64,000 nt of DNA from Candidatus Dojkabacteria bacterium. Lineage in GTDB: Bacteria; Patescibacteriota; Dojkabacteria; JAOAGR01. Under the pieces are notes generated by a model. It searched no databases. It was not told the origin of the DNA and saw nothing but the letters and a program-made list of their open reading frames with translations. Shown here piece by piece: positions 10,710-21,688 of the stretch; position 1 is the first letter of the stretch, and each line of letters opens with the position of its first letter. The stretch is from positions 134,773 to 198,772 of the forward strand of contig JAOAGR010000004.1 of the NCBI GenBank assembly GCA_026415655.1. Direction: 5' to 3'. A program made the translations under genes and the position numbers.

Positions 10710-11351
10710 TTAAGCTAGGTTAATCAAAAATTCTTTAATTTGTGGGGTTATCGGCCATAAAACCTTACTCGAATAATCCAGATATTCATCTTCACTTAAC
10801 TCAGAAAGAGTTCTAGTTTCTCCTTCAGGAATAAAAAACCGGTCATAATAATAACCAAGTTTTGTAATTCTCAAACTGTCAGATGCAGTTCCCTTAACAA
10901 TTACTATGTCACTTGCAAAGCTCCCATCAGGTAGAGCAATACCAATACCATAAACCGAATTTACCCTTCTATCCTCCTTGATTTTCCTGAGAAGCAGCTC
11001 GCTTCGATAAATATCCTGCCCGTATTCTGTCTCTGCTGACTGATCACTTGTATCCACAGAATCATAAAGAAATTTAACATCCTCCCGTCCTGCAAATACC
11101 TCTTTTGTTTTCGTCCCCGGCCAATTATCAAGAGAGGGGATTTCTATGCCCCTATCAAGCGAAATAGAAATCATTTCGTATGCTCTGGCATACTCGACAG
11201 CTTTTTTGATGGAATCCTTCTCAAAATCTCCTGTATCCTCTTTTACATCAATATTTTTATCTTCAATATCAAGCAAAGTCACAAGTTCAAATTCTTTATT
11301 AAGTCCTAAATTAAACCACGCCTTTTTTAAAAGGTTTGAATTTTGATCCAT
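10710..11351 (-). CDS. Hypothetical protein, 213 aa
   Basis: Long ORF convergent with the Gabija-like pair. I recognise no motif. Confidence 0.45.
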   Translation of the reverse strand: MDQNSNLLKKAWFNLGLNKEFELVTLLDIEDKNIDVKEDTGDFEKDSIKKAVEYARAYEMISISLDRGIEIPSLDNWPGTKTKEVFAGREDVKFLYDSVDTSDQSAETEYGQDIYRSELLLRKIKEDRRVNSVYGIGIALPDGSFASDIVIVKGTASDSLRITKLGYYYDRFFIPEGETRTLSELSEDEYLDYSSKVLWPITPQIKEFLINLA

Positions 11352-11949
11352 TTGTTGTGGCGAGGAGTATTTTTTTCATAGTCAAAAATGTTCGTTTGAT
11401 AATAATTATGCATCCAATTTAGAGAGCCTATCATTTTCATTGTGGATTTTCACTCCTAAAAATTGATAATTTTCTCAAAATCCAAGAGATTGAATCCATG
11501 ATTAAGAATAATGGAAAGAAGATCACAGCAAAAAACACCCGAAACAGTTTATATCCTTATTCCCTCTATTATATCTGCCACTGTTTTTGTAATGACTCAT
11601 TCTGGAATAAGAATTGTAACTTCTAAAAATTGCTCTGGCTTTTCTGCTTGGTGATTTATATTTCATAATTCTATGCAGTAACAAAGTATACCTTATTTTC
11701 CGGAACAGAAACTACCGTAACATTATTCCACTTTAAATAGAATGAAAGTTTTGGAATACGGATAGTTTTATCTGGATGAGTCGAAAAAAATGTTCGAGCG
11801 GCGTACCCTGCTCTCCGCCAGAATAAAATCAGGTTAAATTTTTTAGTTCGGTTATAAAATTTGTATTTATTTATAGGTATTTTTGATAAACCGGTAAAGT
11901 TTTATTAACATATTTTTTAAAAATGCGTATATATTAAAATTGTTAGTAC

Positions 11950-12496
11950 TTATTTATCTTCTTTTTTTGTCATTGATATAGCCATTAATAAGATGTGTAC
12001 AGCATTATTAAAAGCATCTGTTACTCTACCTTCTTGACAAGTTAAACTTTGATGACGTCGTGCAATCGAACTTAGAGGATGGTACTTGCTGTCATTGGGG
12101 TCTATTCTAATTAGGCCTTCTTTTGTAGTAATTTCTATACATTTTTTTGGCCCGTGCTCGTGTATGCTATCTGCTATTGCTTTTATAAAGAGTGCAATTT
12201 CCTCAGGAGGTTGTGGCGGCGTAGATGGCTTTTGACCATCCAACACCATTTCACTTATAAGGTCGCTAACCTGATTAACCCCGACATTCCCAAATTTATT
12301 GTCAGAATTTAGATTACCTCCTCCATCGGAACTATTTCTATGATTTAAAAATTGTATAATTTGTTCTACAGTAGGATCATCTCTTACTACTATATTTCCC
12401 CAAAATTCGTCTAGATTATTCGCATTTAATATTTGTGCTATCTCGTGTTGTGTGAGAGGTTTTATGTGTTCGCTAAAAGGATTTTGCGCTTCGGTG
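11950..12496 (-). CDS. Hypothetical protein. The reading frame stays open about 250 nt upstream of the annotated ATG, so the start is uncertain
   Basis: My translation of the minus strand continues in frame from about 12496 to the stop at 11950 (...NLNSDNKFGNVGVNQVSDLISEMVLDGQK...). There is no canonical start near the upstream end, so this is either a non-canonical start or N-terminal decay. Confidence 0.35.
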
Positions 12497-12603
12497 GCTT
12501 ACATAATTTAATAAAACATCCCGATATACAAGTCATTATTTTAATTTATAACATTATATCATTTTTTGATAAACTCATCATTGATTACTAAAATAATTTT
12601 ATT

Positions 12604-13107
12604 ATGTACAAATTCGAAGATCTTCTAAAAATCGCCCACGATGCTGATGTAAACTTTAAACGTTGTGTGATTGTTGATGAAGGTGTGCTTGGGGTTTTGG
12701 GAGTAGTTGATAAGGTCAGCTCACTTGTAATACTAGCTGATGATTTCGAATACGAACGAATGATCTTGAAGCATCTTGATAATACTGATCCACATAGACA
12801 TTCTGTAGTATTTGATGAAAAAGTGTTTATTACTCATCGTTTTGTGTATTCCTTCTATTTGGTTGATTATTTTTTGAGTGTGAAAATTTTTGTTGGAGAA
12901 TATCCAATTTTGCCTCCATCTATTTTTGAGTTTTCACTCTTGTATACTCACGGCGAAGAAAAAGGAAGACAGTTCATTACTATATTGGATAATCACTTTT
13001 ATCGGATTAGAGAATATTTAGTCAACAAGACTAAAAAATTCCAGGAAATCAGAAGAGATTTGGAAGAAGAATTTAAAAGTAAATATGTCAAAAAGATTCA
13101 AACATGA
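12604..13107 (+). CDS. Hypothetical protein, 167 aa
   Basis: ORF only. No motif recognised. Confidence 0.4.
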   Translation: MYKFEDLLKIAHDADVNFKRCVIVDEGVLGVLGVVDKVSSLVILADDFEYERMILKHLDNTDPHRHSVVFDEKVFITHRFVYSFYLVDYFLSVKIFVGEYPILPPSIFEFSLLYTHGEEKGRQFITILDNHFYRIREYLVNKTKKFQEIRRDLEEEFKSKYVKKIQT

Positions 13108-13342
13108 ATTAGATTTTTTAGTAGAAAAAAATTTGTGAGACTTGTATTATATTTTTCTATGATCCGTACCACATAGCAGATGGGTGAAAAATTATAATAA
13201 TTAGTTTATGGTTTGTGATGTAAATATTGTTTTATTCAAAATAAAAAATCTAACAACCTTTACCAAATCCTGATAGACAGAAAACTAAAAGCAATATTGT
13301 TTATTTGGGTTTTATATTAGATTTTTGTATAATACTTAGCAT

Positions 13343-14271
13343 ATGGAACTAATAATGTGGATTATAATTTTTATCTTTTCCCTCGTTATACTCATAAAGG
13401 GAGCTGATTGGCTTATTAGTTCATCTGAAAAAATAGGTCTTGCTTTAGGATTAAGTCCATTTGTTGTTGGTATAATCATAGTAGGTGTTGGCACATCGCT
13501 TCCTGAACTTATCTCGTCTCTTTTTGGGGCGTTAAAAGGAGCTACTGATATTGTTAATTCGAATGCTGTAGGATCTAATATTACGAATATTTTATTAATA
13601 GTTGGTATTAGTTCACTTTTGGCAAGAAAATTAATTGTTACTAAAAATATTATAGATCTGGACTTGCCTATTTTGGTTTTATCTACGGTGATTTATTTAA
13701 TTGCCGCCTATGATAGAGTAATTACTGTTTTGGAGTCTATTATTTTAGTGTCTTCATTTATTGTTTATCTGTTTTATAGTATGCATGATAAACCATCGGG
13801 AGAAGAAGAAGTAAAAAAAGAAAAAATTAGTATAAAAACAATAGGGCTATTTGTTATTGGACTTGTCTTTTTACTTGTTGGAGCTAATTATGTTGTAGAT
13901 TCGGTTATAAATATATCCTCTATTATTAGAATACCCGTTGTATAATTTCTATCACAGCAATTGCGGTTGGTACTTCTCTACCTGAATTAGTCGTGTCGGC
14001 AAAGGCAGCAATTAGTAAAAAGTACGATTTAAGTATAGGTAATATTTTTGGATCTAACGCATTTAATGTATTAATGGTCGTTGGGATACCAGGTCTTTTG
14101 GGGAATATGAAAGTAGATGATGTGACATACAACATTGGGCTTTTGTATCTCATTATTAGTACATTTTTATTTTTAGTTTCTGGGATATCACGTACTATTC
14201 ATAAATGGGAAGGTATGATGTTTGTTATCATCTATATTCTATTTTTATTTAATCTTGTAAATATTACATAA
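13343..14271 (+). pseudogene. Ca2+/Na+ antiporter (CaCA/YrbG family) split by a frameshift near 13930-13945
   Basis: Both alpha-repeat signatures are present: GVGTSLPELISS in the 13343-13945 frame and AIAVGTSLPELVVS in the frame starting about 13930. The two halves are in different frames and overlap by about 15 nt. Confidence 0.6.
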
Positions 14272-14295
14272 ATCCGTTAGTCATAAAACAGATTT

Positions 14296-16800
14296 TTGTG
14301 GCATAATGTCCATATTATGAATTTGGGCATTCTGGCAGAATTTTTGATTGATAGAGGATATTTCTACGAGGTTGACCTGGATGATTTCGATGTTTTATCT
14401 GTTTTAATCCATGCATCCGAGCGTATAAATGATAGAAATTATGAAAAGTCTTTTTTGATATTGCCTAGCGAATACAAAAATCCGGAAGTATCTTTCGCGA
14501 TGTTAAAAGTGGGAGATCCTATCTCTGTATCTCGTCTTGAAACATTACTCAGAAATTTAAATTACCAAAAAGGTGTTATATTAGAAAATTATAAGGAATA
14601 TGCATTGCTCGGTAATATATTTGCTATATACGAACCGACTATAAATTGTCAGATAAAAATTATCTTAGATTTTGATTCTATTGAAAGAATTATTGTATCG
14701 AGCAAATCTGAAAATGTTGATGATGTTGGTGTAAATAATATTTTGTTAAGTAATATCAATCCGACTTCTACTGGATATTTATCGAGTATAGAAAAATTTT
14801 TGAAAAATGGAATATATGAAAAACCGATTATTTTGAATAGCACTTCACATAGATATTCTAAATTGCCTATATTTCAATCAAATCAAGTTCTTCTACAAAA
14901 ATATTTTGAAAATAAAAACAATTTTCGTTTGTTTTACTGTGGGGATCAAATTGAACTTTTGAAACTCAGATATGGGGATGTCTTAAATCAACTAAATATT
15001 AAAATCGAAAACCTGAAAAACGTAAATCCAAGTTTTGGATTTGAAATAAAGATCAAAGATCAGAATTATATTTTTTTGACTGATTATGAACTTTTTGACA
15101 GATTAAACCTCGCTAAATCTAGACCAACATCAAAATTCAGTAATTTTTTTGACACTCATGTTAACATCGGAGATTATGTAGTGCATGAATCTCATGGAAT
15201 CGGTATTTATCAAGGTATTGAGGAAAGAGAAGTTTTGAATCAAAAACACCAGTATGTTGTGATTAAGTATGCAAATGATGATGTTCTTTTGGTGCCTTTG
15301 AATCAATTATCAAAAATTACGAAATATATTACAACAGACGGTTATCTACCTAAATTGACAAGACTCGGTACTGCTGAGTGGGAGATTGTAAAAAGAAAAT
15401 TAAAGAAAAATCTTGAATTTGTGGCAAAAGAACTTTTGGAAATATATGCGAAGAAGAATTTTTCGAAAGGAATTTCCTTCAATCCTGATGATGAATTGAT
15501 GCATGAATTTGAAAAATCTGTGCCTTATGAACTGACGCTCGATCAGATCAAGGCTATTAGCGAGGTCAAAGCTAATATGGAATCTGAAAAGCCGATTGAT
15601 AGACTTTTGATAGGTGACGTGGGATTTGGTAAAACAGAGGTTGCATTACACGCTACTGTGAAAGCTGTTATTTCCTCAAAACAAGTAATAGTGATAGCCC
15701 CCACTACCCTTTTAGTTACTCAGTTATATAATGTTTTTTTTGAAAGATTAAATAAATTGGGTATTAGAGTAGCAAGAGTTTCTAGATTTGATGGTAACAA
15801 AAATAACAAAGAAAATATTAAGCTATTCAACGAGGGCAAGATAGATGTACTTATTGGCACTCATAAAATTTTATCGAGCAATATTGAAAGTGAAAACATT
15901 GGCTTGCTTATAATTGACGAAGAACAGAGATTTGGAGTGAGACAGAAAGAAAAAATTAGGAAGATACGAGTTAATATAGATGTTTTATCCATGACAGCAA
16001 CGCCTATACCGCGTACATTACACATGGCATTAACTGGCATAAAAGATATCAGCATTCTTGCTACACCACCAAAAAATCGTCTTCCTGTAAAAACTACAAT
16101 AATATTTTATGAAGAAATTATTGAAAAGATTCGATTTGAACTTGATAGAAATGGCCAAGTGATCATATTACATAATGAAATTGAGACTATAAATGCTTTC
16201 GCTAGTCCGATAATACAGGAGTTTGGTATTGATAATGTTTGTATAGCACATTCTAAGATTGATTCTAAAAAACTTGAAGATCTTATGCTGAATTTTCTTT
16301 GTGAAAAATACAAAATCTTAGTATCTACTACCATCATCGAAAATGGTTTGGATATACCAAATGCAAATACAATAATTATTAATAAAGCACATGAATTTGG
16401 TGTTGGACAACTTTATCAATTAAGAGGGAGAGTTGGAAGAAGAGACAGACAGGGCTATTGTTATCTGGTAGTGCCTAAAATAAAAGAATTTTTAGAATTG
16501 CATCCAAGTTTAAAAGAAGAAGATAAAAATTTGCTGAAAATATTATTGAAAAATCCTAATCAACAAACTCATATCACAAAAGAAGCTATAGAAAGAATAA
16601 AAGTAATTGTACAAAACCAGGAGTTAGGAGTCGGATTCAAAATTGCTTCGAGAGATCTTGAGATTCGTGGATCGGGAAATCTCTTGGGGGTGGAACAAAG
16701 TGGTTTTATAAATTCTGTTGGATATGAGATGTATATTCGCCTTATCGAACAAGAGATAGAAAAGATAAGACATTTAAATATTGTTTCTGAAGAGAATTAG
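14296..16800 (+). CDS. mfd: Transcription-repair coupling factor (Mfd), short form
   Basis: A CarD/TRCF RNA-polymerase-interacting domain is present (GDYVVHESHGIGIYQGI...YVVIKYANDDVLLVPLNQL). Helicase motif I is LIGDVGFGKTEVAL and motif II is LLIIDEEQRFGV. The Mfd/RecG-type TPIPRT motif reads SMTATPIPRTLHMAL. Confidence 0.85.
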   Translation: MWHNVHIMNLGILAEFLIDRGYFYEVDLDDFDVLSVLIHASERINDRNYEKSFLILPSEYKNPEVSFAMLKVGDPISVSRLETLLRNLNYQKGVILENYKEYALLGNIFAIYEPTINCQIKIILDFDSIERIIVSSKSENVDDVGVNNILLSNINPTSTGYLSSIEKFLKNGIYEKPIILNSTSHRYSKLPIFQSNQVLLQKYFENKNNFRLFYCGDQIELLKLRYGDVLNQLNIKIENLKNVNPSFGFEIKIKDQNYIFLTDYELFDRLNLAKSRPTSKFSNFFDTHVNIGDYVVHESHGIGIYQGIEEREVLNQKHQYVVIKYANDDVLLVPLNQLSKITKYITTDGYLPKLTRLGTAEWEIVKRKLKKNLEFVAKELLEIYAKKNFSKGISFNPDDELMHEFEKSVPYELTLDQIKAISEVKANMESEKPIDRLLIGDVGFGKTEVALHATVKAVISSKQVIVIAPTTLLVTQLYNVFFERLNKLGIRVARVSRFDGNKNNKENIKLFNEGKIDVLIGTHKILSSNIESENIGLLIIDEEQRFGVRQKEKIRKIRVNIDVLSMTATPIPRTLHMALTGIKDISILATPPKNRLPVKTTIIFYEEIIEKIRFELDRNGQVIILHNEIETINAFASPIIQEFGIDNVCIAHSKIDSKKLEDLMLNFLCEKYKILVSTTIIENGLDIPNANTIIINKAHEFGVGQLYQLRGRVGRRDRQGYCYLVVPKIKEFLELHPSLKEEDKNLLKILLKNPNQQTHITKEAIERIKVIVQNQELGVGFKIASRDLEIRGSGNLLGVEQSGFINSVGYEMYIRLIEQEIEKIRHLNIVSEEN

Positions 16801-16801
16801 A

Positions 16802-17965
16802 CTATATTCGCCAAACATAAATTTTTTGTATATTTTGTTCTTTTAGATATCTCTTAATGACTTCTATATTTTCGTCATTAATATAATAATATCTTTGTTG
16901 ATTTAGCATAAAAGAACTTTCATTTTCAGAGGTTATTTCTACTTTTAATCCTGGATTTTGAGAAATTATCTGTTTAATCTGATCATTTGTAAGTGCTTTT
17001 ATATCGTTATTTGGACCGAAACTGTACCCGTATTTTGGTAAACAAATAACTAACTTTTGTTTATTTTGTATCTGATTTGAAAAATAACCAGTTACAGATT
17101 TTATCCAAGAGATTGGTGAAAGTCCTTCTTTACCAACATATTTGTGATAGTCATAAAGCATGATACGTATTTCATCTACATAGGGTTCAATTGATTTGAT
17201 TTCTTGACTTTGTTTTGTTTCATTACAACATCCAATATTTTCTTTATCGGAGGATTTGGGTAGAAATACTATGCTAATTTTTTTATTTTTTTCTTTAAAT
17301 TTTATTGATAAATCCTTGATTAATTCTAAATATATATTCTTGTATTGTAGTGGTATAGATTCATAATCTAGATCTATTCCATCTGCATCTAGTTTTATTA
17401 CTTCATCTAATAGATTTTGATTATGTATTTTTATTAAATTTGGTGAGTTGGCAAATGTTGACCAGACATCCGGAGAAAATAATGTCGATGTAAGAAATAT
17501 TTCCTTTCCTGATTCTTTTAGTTTTTGTATTTGTTCTGTTGTGAGAGTAATGCGATTTGTTAAATTACCACTAGAATTTAAACTGAGATAAACAACACTT
17601 ACGGAGTTTAATTCTGTACTACTTAAAGCTTTTTGATAGGAGTTGTTAAAATCAAAAGATGGTATCCATCCCCCCATTTTCAGGTTGTATTCTTCGACTC
17701 TCGTTGGATATGCAGATATTATTGGCTCATTTGAGAAGTGTGGTGAAAATGTTGAAACTGATGTGGATGAATTTATAGATTGTTCACCATTTTCTTTATT
17801 CTCTGTTTTTATGGTTCTTTGAACATATTTGTTAGCATTTTTCTCATATAACTCCGGATTAATTGTTCTGATTATTGGATCGAAGAAGATAATGACTAAT
17901 ATTATCAAAAAGATGAAAGAATAATTAATTAACTCAGATTTCTTAAATCTTTTGAAAAATTTCAT
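16802..17965 (-). CDS. Membrane-anchored glycoside hydrolase family 18-like protein
   Basis: An N-terminal transmembrane helix is followed by a GH18 catalytic motif, DADGIDLDYE (DxxDxDxE). Confidence 0.55.
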   Translation of the reverse strand: MKFFKRFKKSELINYSFIFLIILVIIFFDPIIRTINPELYEKNANKYVQRTIKTENKENGEQSINSSTSVSTFSPHFSNEPIISAYPTRVEEYNLKMGGWIPSFDFNNSYQKALSSTELNSVSVVYLSLNSSGNLTNRITLTTEQIQKLKESGKEIFLTSTLFSPDVWSTFANSPNLIKIHNQNLLDEVIKLDADGIDLDYESIPLQYKNIYLELIKDLSIKFKEKNKKISIVFLPKSSDKENIGCCNETKQSQEIKSIEPYVDEIRIMLYDYHKYVGKEGLSPISWIKSVTGYFSNQIQNKQKLVICLPKYGYSFGPNNDIKALTNDQIKQIISQNPGLKVEITSENESSFMLNQQRYYYINDENIEVIKRYLKEQNIQKIYVWRI

Positions 17966-18217
17966 ATTTCCAGAAAGTTTAACAAATATTTGATTAAATG
18001 ATGAGCTAATATCTTTACCTTTAAAAATATAAAATCTTATGTTGGTTTAAATTCATATTTCTTTATTTGATGTGTTCATCGCTTCTATCAAATATCCAAT
18101 TTTTAGCATTGAGATAATATGTTTTTAAGAGTTCTGATTCCTTTTTTAATTCAATTACGATGGTTTTTTACTGAAGTATTAGTTCATTTTTGATTAAATC
18201 TGTAATAAATTTTATGA

Positions 18218-18991
18218 TTGATTATGTTTTGGATCGAATTATTTATTTTATTTTTTTTAGGATTAATATTTGGTAGTTTTCTAAATGTAATGGTTTATCG
18301 TATCCATAAAGATGAAGATTGGATATTTAGTCGAAGTAAATGTGTGCATTGTAATACTAAATTAGAACTTTTAGATTTAATTCCATTGTTTAGTTATATT
18401 TTTTTAAAGGGAAGATGTAGATATTGTAAAAAGAGTATTAGTATTTTTTATGTGTTTGGTGAATTAACGCTGGCTTTGCTATGGACTATGTTGCCATTAT
18501 TGGGTTATGGTTTGGATAATATCATTACATATATTTTGATGGCAATAATTTTTGCAAGTTTAGGGATATTTATGAGTGATTTTTCATATAGAGAGATACC
18601 GCTGATATTCTTGCTAATTCTTGGTTTATTCGGATTGATCTACAATATCATAGTAGGGCAATTTGATTTTTTGGGGATGCTTATTGGGTTAACATTTGTG
18701 AGTTTATTCTTTGGACTGCCTTTTCTTATTACTAAAGGTAGAGGAATGGGGCTGGGAGACCTTTTTTTGGGTTTTGTTTTGGTTATGACGTTGGGATTTT
18801 ATAAAACAATATTTACGATCACGATGGCGTATGTAGTTGCTGCTGCATTATATTTGACATTATTAGTTTTTCGAAAAATAGATAAAAAATATCAGATACC
18901 GATAGGATCTTTCATTATTTTTAGTTTTTTAATTGTTTTATTTTTTGGTAGTGTGATTATTGATTGGTACTATTCTCTAATATTTTATTGA
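18218..18991 (+). CDS. pilD: Type IV prepilin peptidase (A24 family, PilD/ComC-like)
   Basis: The N-terminus has the tetra-Cys zinc motif CVHCNTKLELLDLIPLFSYIFLKGRCRYCKK. The protein is polytopic, and the catalytic Asp lies in GMGLGDLFLG. Confidence 0.85.
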   Translation: MIMFWIELFILFFLGLIFGSFLNVMVYRIHKDEDWIFSRSKCVHCNTKLELLDLIPLFSYIFLKGRCRYCKKSISIFYVFGELTLALLWTMLPLLGYGLDNIITYILMAIIFASLGIFMSDFSYREIPLIFLLILGLFGLIYNIIVGQFDFLGMLIGLTFVSLFFGLPFLITKGRGMGLGDLFLGFVLVMTLGFYKTIFTITMAYVVAAALYLTLLVFRKIDKKYQIPIGSFIIFSFLIVLFFGSVIIDWYYSLIFY

Positions 18992-19016
18992 CTTACGCTA
19001 TATTTTACTTTAAAAT

Positions 19017-19439
19017 TTGTACAATAATATGAGTAAGTACTTAATAGTAGCATTTGTTATTTTAATAATCGGTTTTTCTTCATTTTTTGTGTATACTGCT
19101 GTTCGTGGAAAAAACAATAGTGAATCTCAAACTGGAAATGAAATATCTTTAGACACTTATCAAAAAGATGGAAAATTGTATGCTGATATAACCGCAACAG
19201 CTGCTGGTTTCAGTCCTAACAAATTGAATCTTAATAGTAATACAGAAATCATTTTAAGAGCCAAAAATATAAATAATTATTCATGTACAAGTGTAATTAG
19301 GATCGCTAAATTAAATATTTTGGAAAAGTTACCTTACAATGGCGAGAAAGAAATTGTTATACCACCTCAACCAGCAGGTACAAAATTGATAGCTACTTGT
19401 AGTTCAGGTGCAAATACAATTCAGATGAATTTTTATTGA
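19017..19439 (+). CDS. Small membrane-anchored hypothetical protein
   Basis: An N-terminal transmembrane helix is followed by a beta-rich extracytoplasmic domain with three Cys. Confidence 0.4.
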   Translation: MYNNMSKYLIVAFVILIIGFSSFFVYTAVRGKNNSESQTGNEISLDTYQKDGKLYADITATAAGFSPNKLNLNSNTEIILRAKNINNYSCTSVIRIAKLNILEKLPYNGEKEIVIPPQPAGTKLIATCSSGANTIQMNFY

Positions 19440-20275
19440 TTCTCTTTAAGTCTATTTAATATCTCAAATATTCTAAAATCAGTTGCTTTTACTCCATTTT
19501 TGAGCATCTTTATTTCACCTTCTGATGGTAAAAATGAAAAGTGCAGTTTTGATATAAGTTCTATCAACACTATTGGAATAGGGATTTTTATGATGAGCTT
19601 TTCTATCTCTGCTTTATCCATTAGTGCTTCAAGAGTGTAATCTACTTCTTCTGCAACTTCATAAGTTTCGTTATTAAAAATATCTTTTTCTATTATTGTT
19701 TGTATTATTTCTGTAAGTTTATCTATTTCTATTATATTAAATGTCGAATTTGTTTGTGGTATGGCTCTTATTTTCAAAATTTGTAATGACCTCAATATTT
19801 TTACAAAATCACAATTGTCTGCCCAAATAATTCCTGGTCTTAGAATAATAAAATCACATATTGAAGATCTGATAATTTTCTCAGCTTCAAATTTTGTTCG
19901 ATAATATTCGGTGATTGCTTTTTCTGTTGTGCCTAAAGCAGAGATATGTATTAATTTAATTTTGTATTTTTCACAAATTTGTACCACTTTGCGTACAAGA
20001 TTTACATGAGTATCATAAAAATAATTTCCCGACTTCTCTCGAATAATACCTATCGCGTTTATAACAATAGTACTATTTTGTAAAGCTTTTTCTAGTTGTT
20101 CTGAGTCTTGATAATTTATTTTTTTTATTTCATCTATTTCGTAGTCTATTTCTCGTTGCTTTCGGATTACTCCTCTTACTTTATAGCCTGTAGATTTAAG
20201 TTTTTTTGCCATATTACTACCAACAAAACCGTTAGCGCCTAATATTGTTATAATGTCATTTGATTTATCTATCAT
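19433..20275 (-). CDS. NAD(P)-dependent epimerase/dehydratase family (NmrA/SDR-like) protein
   Basis: Rossmann motif ITILGANGFVGSNMAKKL at the N-terminus. Confidence 0.65.
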   Translation of the reverse strand: MIDKSNDIITILGANGFVGSNMAKKLKSTGYKVRGVIRKQREIDYEIDEIKKINYQDSEQLEKALQNSTIVINAIGIIREKSGNYFYDTHVNLVRKVVQICEKYKIKLIHISALGTTEKAITEYYRTKFEAEKIIRSSICDFIILRPGIIWADNCDFVKILRSLQILKIRAIPQTNSTFNIIEIDKLTEIIQTIIEKDIFNNETYEVAEEVDYTLEALMDKAEIEKLIIKIPIPIVLIELISKLHFSFLPSEGEIKMLKNGVKATDFRIFEILNRLKENQ

Positions 20276-20302
20276 TTGATATATTATAACAAATGAAAAT
20301 AT

Positions 20303-21688
20303 ATGGAGCGTAAGTTGCGAGTTACTTTTATTTTAGTTATTTTGATAGCTTTTGTCTGTAGTGTGCTTTCACTCATGATTTTGAGACAAAGTCAAAGTGT
20401 CAATACAGTTGAAGATACGCTTGATATGTATTATCGAACCGAATCTTATTTGCAATATGTCGTAAATTATCAGATTTATGGTAATCAGATTTCTAACACC
20501 TTGAGAGATAAGCATAAAAGTCAATATTTTTTATCTTTGTTAAGATTGGGCTTAATACAAAATATAATTAATCAATTTGAGATAAGACAAATTCAAAGTT
20601 ATTTTTCGGCATATGAAAATGCCGATATTGATTATTGGCTAGATTTAATAGAGGCTACTAGAGTTAGACTAAGTCCATATCAGTTCAAAAATATAGAAGA
20701 TACACAAAAATATTTTTTTATCGCTAAGAGGCAACATATATTATCGATAGATGAGTTATTGGAATTTGTAAAATATTTTCAAAATACTCCTATTGCAAGT
20801 TATTTTGATTCTCTTATCAGATTGGCGGATGAGTACAATAATAGAAATTTTAGTGATGAAATTTTTGAACAGATTAAAAATTTAAGAATTCCAGAAGACT
20901 ATAAATTGTTAAATAACGAGATAAGAATAATGCAAGATAGTGTCGCCCAATTAAATAATCGCAACCTAACAGATGTATATATGCAAATATGGGCTTTATT
21001 TTTAAATCTTAATTATTGTTTTCTTTTAAATATTGAAGATATTGAAAATACTTTTGATCAGAGTTTTTTGAAGGATAATAATCAAAATGTTTTATGGTTT
21101 AAGGCCAGTTGTTATTATCAAAAACAAGATTATGATAAGGCGTTGGAGCTGCTTAGGAAATTGATTGATTTGGATCCTTTGCAAATAGAATATAGATATC
21201 TATATCTTGATATATTAAAGTTAATCAATGCTGATAGAGAAAATTTATTTAATGTAATAGATCAGATTTTTATGCTTAATCCTCAAGATTATGAGCTTTA
21301 TACAACAAAAATAAGTATTTTGATAAATGATAATATATATGAAGAGACAAAGAGCTATATACTCAAATTTTTAAAGAACAGTAAAATTTTGAATAAGACT
21401 AAAGAGATGGCTTTGCAAAGGATATTTTATATTGATTATGAAATAACTAGGTTTATGTGTCTTGAAAATCTGATTAAGACATATTTAGACGCCACGGAAA
21501 TCTTTTTGTGCGATTTAATGTCGGATAAAAAAAGCCGTTACAATGATGAAAAGTTAGATAGATTGTCATTGCTGATGGAACGTAAGTTATACTATTCAGA
21601 TATCGCACAGCAAACTGCCCGTGAAATTGGTAAAGAGTTTTTCATTACATATCTGAATGTTGTTCTAGAGAAATCACAAGAGATTTAA
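20303..21688 (+). CDS. Membrane-anchored TPR-like repeat protein
   Basis: An N-terminal transmembrane helix is followed by TPR-like helical repeats (QDYDKALELLRKLIDLDPLQIEYRYLYLDILKL). Confidence 0.4.
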   Translation: MERKLRVTFILVILIAFVCSVLSLMILRQSQSVNTVEDTLDMYYRTESYLQYVVNYQIYGNQISNTLRDKHKSQYFLSLLRLGLIQNIINQFEIRQIQSYFSAYENADIDYWLDLIEATRVRLSPYQFKNIEDTQKYFFIAKRQHILSIDELLEFVKYFQNTPIASYFDSLIRLADEYNNRNFSDEIFEQIKNLRIPEDYKLLNNEIRIMQDSVAQLNNRNLTDVYMQIWALFLNLNYCFLLNIEDIENTFDQSFLKDNNQNVLWFKASCYYQKQDYDKALELLRKLIDLDPLQIEYRYLYLDILKLINADRENLFNVIDQIFMLNPQDYELYTTKISILINDNIYEETKSYILKFLKNSKILNKTKEMALQRIFYIDYEITRFMCLENLIKTYLDATEIFLCDLMSDKKSRYNDEKLDRLSLLMERKLYYSDIAQQTAREIGKEFFITYLNVVLEKSQEI

